From an uncultured Aquabacterium sp. (GTDB lineage: Bacteria > Pseudomonadota > Gammaproteobacteria > Burkholderiales > Burkholderiaceae_C): DNA of 64,000 nt. Position numbers and translations under genes: made by a program. The stretch spans positions 10,189-74,188 of the forward strand of contig NZ_CANBCC010000008.1 of the NCBI RefSeq assembly GCF_947366995.1, read 5' to 3'. The notes beneath the pieces are model-generated. The model made no database searches and was not told the origin of the DNA. It saw only the letters and a list, made by a program, of their open reading frames with translations. Shown one piece after another: positions 57,465 through 64,000 of this stretch. How positions within the stretch are numbered: the stretch's first letter is position 1; each line of letters opens with the position of its first letter.

Positions 57465-58907
57465 ATGTCGTCCACCCCCCGCGTGATCCCCATCCAGCCC
57501 GTGTCCCTGATGCCGGGCGTGGAGGCTGCCAGCAAGGTGCAGCCCAAGTCCGTCAAGGGCCGATTCAGCCGCCTGCGCTGGCTGATGTTGGCCCTGACCC
57601 AGCTCTTCTTCTTCGGCCTGCCCTGGCTGGAATGGCAGGGCCGCCAGATGGTGCGCTTCGACCTGGAAGCCAAGCGCTTCTATCTGGGCAGCCTGATCTT
57701 CCTGCCGCAGGACCTGATCTTCCTCACCGGCCTGCTGGTGTTCTGCGCGATGCTGCTGTTTGCGGCCACCACGCTGGCCGGCCGCGTGTGGTGCGGCTTC
57801 AGTTGCCCGCAGACCGTGTACACCTCGCTGTTCATGTGGGTCGAGCGGCATACCGAGGGCGACCGCTACCAGCGCATCCGGCTCGATCAGTCGGGCTGGA
57901 CCGCCAACAAGCTGCTGCGCCGGGGCGGCAAGCACGCGGTGTGGATCGCCATCAGCCTGTGGACGGGCTTCACCTTCGTGGGCTGGTTCTCGCCCATCCG
58001 CGAGGTCGGGCCGCAGATCCTGCACGGCACAGTGGGCTTCTGGGATGTGTTCTGGAGCCTGTTCTACGGCGTGGCCTGCTATGGCAACGCAGGTTTCCTG
58101 CGCGAGAAGGTGTGCCTGCACATGTGCCCCTACGGCCGCTTCCAGGGTGCCCTGATGGACAGCGAGACCCTGATCGTGGGCTATGACGTGAAGCGGGGTG
58201 AGCCGCGGGGCGTGCCCCGCAAGGGCAGCGAGGAGCCCTCGCGCCCGGGCGCCTGTGTGGACTGCACCCTGTGCGTCCAGGTCTGCCCCACCGGCGTGGA
58301 CATCCGCAATGGCCTGCAGGCCGGATGCATCGGCTGCGCGCTCTGCATCGACGCGTGCGATGCCGTCATGGACAAGATCGGTCAGCCGCGTGGTCTGATC
58401 CGCTACGCCCGGCAGCGCGAGCTTCAGGGCGATGGGCAGGGCGGCCAGGCCACCACACCGGGCGGCGTCGGCAGCCTGCTCATGCGCCACCGCGTTCGCC
58501 TGTATGCTGGCGTGATGGGCGGCTTGCTGCTCGCCATGGCCTGGTCGGTGGCGCATCGCCCCGACATCCGTGTGGACGTCATCCGCGACCGGGGCGTGAT
58601 GGCCCGCCTGGTCGAGGACGGCGCCGTTGAAAACGTCTACCGCCTGCAACTCATGAACCAGACCGAGCAGCTTCAGCGCATTGCGATCACTGTCGAAGGC
58701 TTGCCGGGCGCTCAGGTGATGAGCCGGTCGGACATCGTCCTGTCGCCGGTGGCCGACATGCAGTTGACCGTGTCGGTGCAACTGCCCATGTCACAGGCCG
58801 CCAGGCTGGCAGGTCAGACCCTGCCGATCCGGTTCCAGGTGGCCAGCCGAAGCGCGACGCAGGCGGACCTCCTGTCCGAAGGCAGCACCTTCATCGTGCC
58901 GCGATGA
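57465..58907 (+). CDS. ccoG: Cytochrome oxidase accessory polyferredoxin CcoG/FixG
   Basis: GR.WCG..CPQTV, CPYGRFQ, CVDCTLCVQVCPTGVDIR.GLQ..CIGCALCIDAC. Confidence 0.92.
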   Translation: MSSTPRVIPIQPVSLMPGVEAASKVQPKSVKGRFSRLRWLMLALTQLFFFGLPWLEWQGRQMVRFDLEAKRFYLGSLIFLPQDLIFLTGLLVFCAMLLFAATTLAGRVWCGFSCPQTVYTSLFMWVERHTEGDRYQRIRLDQSGWTANKLLRRGGKHAVWIAISLWTGFTFVGWFSPIREVGPQILHGTVGFWDVFWSLFYGVACYGNAGFLREKVCLHMCPYGRFQGALMDSETLIVGYDVKRGEPRGVPRKGSEEPSRPGACVDCTLCVQVCPTGVDIRNGLQAGCIGCALCIDACDAVMDKIGQPRGLIRYARQRELQGDGQGGQATTPGGVGSLLMRHRVRLYAGVMGGLLLAMAWSVAHRPDIRVDVIRDRGVMARLVEDGAVENVYRLQLMNQTEQLQRIAITVEGLPGAQVMSRSDIVLSPVADMQLTVSVQLPMSQAARLAGQTLPIRFQVASRSATQADLLSEGSTFIVPR

Positions 58908-59827
58908 GGCCCCGCGCGGCCGGCGAGACCGGCGCCCGCCATGCAAGCGACAACCTGAGGGGCATGGGCTGGATGGTGCTGGCGATGGCCGCCTTCGCGC
59001 TGGAAGACGCCTTGCTCAAGCAGGTGGCCCGCATGCTGCCGATCGGCCAGGTCCTGGTGCTGTTCGGGATCGGTGGCGCGCTGGTGTTCGGGCTCTACCG
59101 ACGCGAGGGCATGCAGCCCCTCTGGCACGCCGATGCGCGTTCGAAGCCCATGTGGGTGCGGGCCGGATTCGAGATCACCGGCCGCCTGTTCTATGTGCTG
59201 GCCATTGCCCTGACACCGCTGTCTTCCGCGACGGCCATCCTGCAGGCCACGCCGGTGCTGGTGGTGCTGGGCGCACGCTTTTACTTCGGCGAACGGGTGG
59301 GCGCCGTGCGTTGGGTGGCGGTGCTGCTGGGCCTGGCCGGCGTCGCCGTGGTCCTGAGGCCGACCGCGGGCGACTTCTCCGTGCTCTCCCTGCTGACGGT
59401 GGTCGGCATGGTGGGCTTCGCCGGGCGTGACCTGGCCAGCCGTGCGGTGCCCGTGACGCTGGGCACGCGCCACCTCGGCTTCTACGGCTTTCTGGCCGTG
59501 GTGGTGGCCGGTGCGCTGTATGCCGTCTGGCAAGGGCAGGCATGGGTCTGGCCGGATCGCGCGGGCGTGGTGGCCCTGGTTGTGGCCGTGCTGGTGGGCA
59601 CCGGGGCCTATGCTTCGCTGATGAAAGCCATGCGCACGGGCGATGTGGCAGCGGTCACGCCGCTGCGCTACACGCGCCTGTTGTTCGGGGTCGGCATGGG
59701 CGTCGTCGCGTTCGGCGAGCAGGTCGACGCCATCACACTGGCCGGTTGCGCGGTGATTCTGCTTGCAGGGCTGCTGTTGACCTGGGATGCGCGCCGGTCT
59801 CGCCGCAGGGTGCAAGCCCGCCCATGA
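58904..59827 (+). CDS. DMT/EamA family transporter
   Basis: Ten hydrophobic segments, GERVG..RW, P..Y..L. Confidence 0.85.
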   Translation: MRPRAAGETGARHASDNLRGMGWMVLAMAAFALEDALLKQVARMLPIGQVLVLFGIGGALVFGLYRREGMQPLWHADARSKPMWVRAGFEITGRLFYVLAIALTPLSSATAILQATPVLVVLGARFYFGERVGAVRWVAVLLGLAGVAVVLRPTAGDFSVLSLLTVVGMVGFAGRDLASRAVPVTLGTRHLGFYGFLAVVVAGALYAVWQGQAWVWPDRAGVVALVVAVLVGTGAYASLMKAMRTGDVAAVTPLRYTRLLFGVGMGVVAFGEQVDAITLAGCAVILLAGLLLTWDARRSRRRVQARP

Positions 59828-59829
59828 CA

Positions 59830-59862
59830 AAGCCCCCGTGCGGGGTCACCGCGCGGGGGCTT
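59830..59862. terminator. Hairpin between the convergent DMT and mgsC genes
   Basis: AAGCCCCCGTGCGG...CCGCGCGGGGGCTT stem. Confidence 0.6.
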
Positions 59863-59899
59863 GCCGTGGACAAGCCCGGGGCCTGTCCTCAGGGCGGAA

Positions 59900-61264
59900 T
59901 CAACCGGTCTGACCCGGGATCCAGCTCGTGCCGGCCAGCGGCACCTGGGCCATGGCCGCGGCCTCCACCGTCAGGGCCACCAGGTCTTCCGGCTCCAGAT
60001 GGTGCACGTCCTGCTTGCCGCAGGCGCGGGCCAGCGTGGTCAGCTCCATGGTCAGCGTCTTGAGGTAGTTCTTGAGGTGCTTGGCACCCCATTCCGGCTC
60101 CAGGCGCTTTTCCAGCACGGCGTCCTGCGTGGTCACGCCCACCGGGCACTTGCCCGTGTGGCAGTGGTGGCAGAAGCCGGGCGCGGTGCCCAGCGCGGCG
60201 TAGTCGGCCTCGGCGCTGTGCTGCTGGCCGCCTTGCTGGTAGGTGTCGCGGTTGCAACCCAGGGCCATCAGCACGCCCTGGCCGATGGCCACGGCGTCGG
60301 CACCCAGGGCCAGGGCCTTGGCCACGTCGGCGCCGGTGCGGATGCCGCCCGACACGATCAGCTGCACGGTGCCCTTCATGTCGAGGTCTTCCAGCGCGGC
60401 CACGGCCTGGCGCACGGCGGCCAGGGTGGGGATGCCCACGTGCTCGATGAAGCAGGTCTGCGTGGCGGCGGTGCCACCCTGCATGCCGTCGACCACCACC
60501 ACGTCGGCACCGGCGTGCACGGCCAGCTTGACGTCGTTGTAGACGCGGGTGGCGCCCACCTTCACGTAGATCGGCTTTTCCCAGTCGGTCAGTTCGCGCA
60601 GTTCCTGGATCTTGATGGCCAGGTCATCGGGGCCGGTCCAGTCGGGATGGCGGCAGGCCGAGCGCTGGTCCACGCCTTCCGGCAGGGTGCGCATCTTGGC
60701 CACGCGCGGGTTCACCTTCTGGCCCAGCAGCATGCCGCCGCCGCCCGGCTTGGCGCCCTGGCCCAGCACCACCTCGATGGCATCGGCCTTGCGCACGTCG
60801 TCGGGGTTGAAGCCGTAGCGCGAAGGCAGGCACTGGTACACCAGCGTCTTCGACGAGCGACGCTCTTCCTGCGTCATGCCGCCGTCACCGGTGGTGGTCG
60901 AGGTGCCCATGGCGGTGGCCGCCAGGCCCAGGGCTTCCTTCACGTTGGCCGACAGCGCGCCGAAGCTCATGCCGGCCACGGTGATGGGGGTGTCCAGCAC
61001 GATGGGCTTCTTGGCGAAACGGGTGCCCAGCACGGTCTTGGTGCTGCACTTCTCGCGGTAGCCCTCCAGCGGGTAACGCGACAGCGAGGCACCCAGGAAG
61101 ACCAGGTCATCGAAGTGCGGCAGCTTGCGCTTGGCGCCCAGGCCGCGAATCTCGTACAGGCCGGTGTTCGAGGCGCGGTGGATGTAGTCCAGCGTGCTGC
61201 GGTCGAACGACGCGGATTCTTCGCGTTGCAGGCGCTTGAAGGTGATGGGGTGTTCGGTGCTCAT
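59900..61264 (-). CDS. mgsC: N-methylglutamate synthase FMN subunit (GlxD-like)
   Basis: GMSFGALS, TTTGDGG, GQGAKPGGGG, DGMQGGT, ISGGIR-type motif, CHHCHTGKCPVG. Confidence 0.85.
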   Translation of the reverse strand: MSTEHPITFKRLQREESASFDRSTLDYIHRASNTGLYEIRGLGAKRKLPHFDDLVFLGASLSRYPLEGYREKCSTKTVLGTRFAKKPIVLDTPITVAGMSFGALSANVKEALGLAATAMGTSTTTGDGGMTQEERRSSKTLVYQCLPSRYGFNPDDVRKADAIEVVLGQGAKPGGGGMLLGQKVNPRVAKMRTLPEGVDQRSACRHPDWTGPDDLAIKIQELRELTDWEKPIYVKVGATRVYNDVKLAVHAGADVVVVDGMQGGTAATQTCFIEHVGIPTLAAVRQAVAALEDLDMKGTVQLIVSGGIRTGADVAKALALGADAVAIGQGVLMALGCNRDTYQQGGQQHSAEADYAALGTAPGFCHHCHTGKCPVGVTTQDAVLEKRLEPEWGAKHLKNYLKTLTMELTTLARACGKQDVHHLEPEDLVALTVEAAAMAQVPLAGTSWIPGQTG

Positions 61265-61275
61265 GACAGGGCTCC

Positions 61276-61965
61276 TCAGTAGGTTTGATCAGCGTCTGCG
61301 TTCCAGTGGTACAGCGAGCGAGCGGAAGCCACGCGCTTGAAGTCCTGCGGCTTGTGGTTCAGGCCCGCGGCGGCCAGCAGCTCGGTCAGCGCGGTGATGT
61401 CGCTGTCGCCCAGCGGCTCCAGCTGCGCATCGGCGCCCAGGCTCTTGATCTCGCCCTTCACGTAGATCACGGCTTCGTACAGCGAGTCGCCCAGAGCGTC
61501 GCCGGCGTTGCCGCAGATGACCATGCGGCCGGCCTGTGCCATGAAGCCCGAGAAGCTGCCGACCGAGCCCCCCACCACGATGTCGCCGCCCTTGAGCGAG
61601 ATGCCACAGCGCAGGCCCGCATCGCCGTCGATGATCAGCAGGCCACCGTGGGCCGAGGCCCCGGCGCTGTTCGAGGCAAAGCCCTTCACGTGCACCTTGC
61701 CGCTCATCATGTTCTCGGCCACGCCGGTGCCGGCGCTGCCATTGATGGTCACGTCGGCCAGCTTGTTCATGCCGGCGGCGTAGTAGCCTGCATGGCCATC
61801 GATGGTCACCTTCACCGGGGCATTCATGCCCACGGCGATGTTGTGGGCGCCATCGGGGTTCACGACGGTGATGTGCTGACCGGTCAGCTCGGCTGCCGGG
61901 CCGTGCAGGTGCTGGTTGAGCGGGCGAACGCCACCCTGGCTCAGGTCAAAGGTCAGGCTTTCCAT
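61276..61965 (-). CDS. mgsB: N-methylglutamate synthase GXGXG subunit (GlxC-like)
   Basis: GAHNIAVG, GYYAAGMN, AENMMSG, RCGISLKG, GDSLYEA. Confidence 0.85.
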   Translation of the reverse strand: MESLTFDLSQGGVRPLNQHLHGPAAELTGQHITVVNPDGAHNIAVGMNAPVKVTIDGHAGYYAAGMNKLADVTINGSAGTGVAENMMSGKVHVKGFASNSAGASAHGGLLIIDGDAGLRCGISLKGGDIVVGGSVGSFSGFMAQAGRMVICGNAGDALGDSLYEAVIYVKGEIKSLGADAQLEPLGDSDITALTELLAAAGLNHKPQDFKRVASARSLYHWNADADQTY

Positions 61966-62861
61966 ACGTACATCTCCTCAGGGGCAGGTTCAAAGACGGT
62001 GGCGTGCTTCACATCGGGCAGGTGGGCCAGCGAGCGGAACTCGGAGGCAATGGCCACGTAGTCGTCGGTCTCGGCCACCACGGCCGGTTTGCAGGCAAAG
62101 GGGTCGCGGATCAGGGCCAGTTCGGTCGACGTGCCCATCAGGAAGGTGAAGAAGCCATCCAGCGCTTCGAAGCCCTTCTGCAGCGCGTTGTGCAGGGTGT
62201 CGCCTTCGCGCAGCCGCCACTCCAGGAAGCGGCAGGCCGCCTCGGTGTCGTTGTCGGTTTCGAACTTGATGCCACGCGGCTCGAGCATGCGGCGCACGCC
62301 GTTCGGGTTCGACAGCGAGCCGTTGTGCACCAGGCAGAAGTCTTCACCGGCGGTGAAGGGGTGTGCGCGGTCCGGCGTCACGGCCGACTCGGTGGCCATG
62401 CGGGTGTGGCCGACCAGGTGGCTGCCTTGCAGCTGGCTGAACTGGTAGCGGGCGGCCACTTCAGCCGGTGTGCCGATGTCCTTGTACAGGTCGATGCTGC
62501 GGCCGGTCGACAGCAGGTGCAGCTTCGGACCGTAGGCCTTGACGAAGGCCTTGACCGGCTCGGCCGCGCCCTCGAAGGTGATCACGGCATGGTTGTCCTT
62601 GACGCTCGCCTTGGCCTGGACCTTCAGCTCGGCGTTGAGCGCGTCCAGCAGGGCCGACCAGTCGTAGTCGTTGCCTTCCTCGGTCAGGCCCGAGTACACG
62701 CTGATCTTGCGCAGGCCCGCGGGCAGCGGGTCGGTGAACACGGCCAGGCCGGCCGAATCGGGGCCACGCTCGGTCATGCCGATGAGCATGGGCACCATGA
62801 GCTCGCCGAGCTGGCTGCGCAGCGCGGGCTTCTTGAGGAGCAATCCAACGATTCCACACAT
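61953..62861 (-). CDS. mgsA: N-methylglutamate synthase class II amidotransferase subunit (GlxB-like)
   Basis: N-terminal MCGIVG, RGPDSAG, GHTRMATES, HNGSLSN. Confidence 0.85.
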   Translation of the reverse strand: MCGIVGLLLKKPALRSQLGELMVPMLIGMTERGPDSAGLAVFTDPLPAGLRKISVYSGLTEEGNDYDWSALLDALNAELKVQAKASVKDNHAVITFEGAAEPVKAFVKAYGPKLHLLSTGRSIDLYKDIGTPAEVAARYQFSQLQGSHLVGHTRMATESAVTPDRAHPFTAGEDFCLVHNGSLSNPNGVRRMLEPRGIKFETDNDTEAACRFLEWRLREGDTLHNALQKGFEALDGFFTFLMGTSTELALIRDPFACKPAVVAETDDYVAIASEFRSLAHLPDVKHATVFEPAPEEMYVWKA

Positions 62862-62879
62862 GATGGGTCTGTTCCTTCT

Positions 62880-64000
62880 TCAGAAAAATTCCAGGTATTG
62901 CTTGACTTCCCAGTCCGAGACATGGCGCTGGTATTCGATCCACTCCATGCGCTTGAGCTTGAGGAACTCCTTGGCGACCGGGCCCAGGGCGCCCGTGATC
63001 AGCTCGTCGGCTTCCAGCGCATCCAGGGCGGCGCCCAGGTTTTGCGGCAAGAGGCCAATGCCCGCATCCTTGAGCTGTGCATCGCTCCACTCGTAGAGGT
63101 TCACGTTGCGCGGGGCACCCGGGTCCAGCTTGCGGTCGATGCCATCGAGACCGGCTACGATCACAGCGGCGGTGGCCAGGTAGGGGTTGCAGGCACCGTC
63201 AGGCAGGCGCAGTTCCAGACGACCCTTGGGCACGCGCACCATGGTCGAGCGGTTGTTGTCGCCGTAGCTGATGTAGGCCGGGGCCCAGGTGGCGCCCGTC
63301 AGCGAGCGGCCCACCACCAGGCGCTTGTACGAGTTCACCGTCGGGGCGCACAGCGCGGTCAGGGCCGGCGCGTGGGCCAGCAGGCCGCCCAGGAAGTGAT
63401 AGGCCATGGGCGACAGCTCCAGACCGTTGGCATCGGCCTTGTCGCAGAACAGGTTGCGCTTGCCGTCGCCGATGGACAGGTGCATGTGCATGCCGTTGCC
63501 CGGGCGGTTGGCAAAGGGCTTGGGCATGAACGAGCACACCAGGCCCATCTCGTTGGCGATCTCGGCGGCCGCCATCTTGAAGAACACAAAGTGATCACAC
63601 GAGGTGAGACAGTCTGTGTAGGTGTAGTTCAGTTCGAACTGGCCGTTGGCGTCTTCATGGTCGATCTGGTAGACGTCGATGCCGGTGGCGCGCATCACGT
63701 TGGAGAGCTTCTCCAGGTAGGCGCGGGTGCGCGACAGGCCCTTGTAGTCATAGCAGGGCTTGGCCAGCGTGTCGCTGGGGTCGCAGGGCTCGATGCCGCC
63801 GGACTCGGTACGACGCAGCAGCGAGAACTCGGGCTCCAGACCGGTGAACATCGTCAGGCCGCGCTCGGCCAGACGGGCCACCTGCTTCTTCAGCGTGACG
63901 CGGCTGTCGTAGACCCAGGGTTCGCCTTCCACATGGCCTTCGCACACGATGCGGGCCAGGCCGGGCTGCCAGGGCACCAGCGAGACGGTGCTCAGGTCGC
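62880..64000 (-). CDS. gmaS: Type III glutamine synthetase-like gamma-glutamylmethylamide synthetase (5' end outside window)
   Basis: [22 protein letters not shown]....GNG.H.H, GDNNRS, RLELR; directly upstream of mgsABC. Confidence 0.8.
   Translation of the reverse strand, partial: DLSTVSLVPWQPGLARIVCEGHVEGEPWVYDSRVTLKKQVARLAERGLTMFTGLEPEFSLLRRTESGGIEPCDPSDTLAKPCYDYKGLSRTRAYLEKLSNVMRATGIDVYQIDHEDANGQFELNYTYTDCLTSCDHFVFFKMAAAEIANEMGLVCSFMPKPFANRPGNGMHMHLSIGDGKRNLFCDKADANGLELSPMAYHFLGGLLAHAPALTALCAPTVNSYKRLVVGRSLTGATWAPAYISYGDNNRSTMVRVPKGRLELRLPDGACNPYLATAAVIVAGLDGIDRKLDPGAPRNVNLYEWSDAQLKDAGIGLLPQNLGAALDALEADELITGALGPVAKEFLKLKRMEWIEYQRHVSDWEVKQYLEFF

Noticed and set aside
62880-64000. Ordinary glnA plus glutamate synthase (gltBD)
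   Set aside because: The three separate small GOGAT-like domains next to a type III GS match the gmaS-mgsABC arrangement, not GS-GOGAT.

Overview
High-GC Burkholderiales-like DNA (taxon inferred from gene style, not verified). It appears to span the origin of a megaplasmid or chromid: a Rep_3 initiator, an iteron array, divergent parAB, three parS-like palindromes and a large tyrosine recombinase at about 35.3-42 kb. Accessory modules flank this core. In order: an arsenic resistance cluster (arsR end, arsI-like, two arsC, acr3); a class III ribonucleotide reductase whose glycyl-radical motif is on a separate 63-aa gene, with FNR and NrdR boxes; M16 peptidase, GreA-like and NYN genes; an NO-response block (norR, ytfE, diguanylate cyclase, 36-aa membrane peptide, di-heme NorC, NorB, NorQ, NorD); transporters and regulators; a Fur-boxed heme uptake operon that starts with a small unknown ORF and a PEP-CTERM surface protein; katE; two MocR regulators; a complete Nit1C / MSMEG_0565-0572-type nitrogen-starvation cluster with NtrC and sigma54 sites; ccoG; and the gmaS-mgsABC methylamine (N-methylglutamate) genes. 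The best leads are the split class III RNR, the PEP-CTERM protein in the heme operon, the variant cNOR and the extended Nit1C cluster. All family calls come from motifs read by eye; no database search was run.
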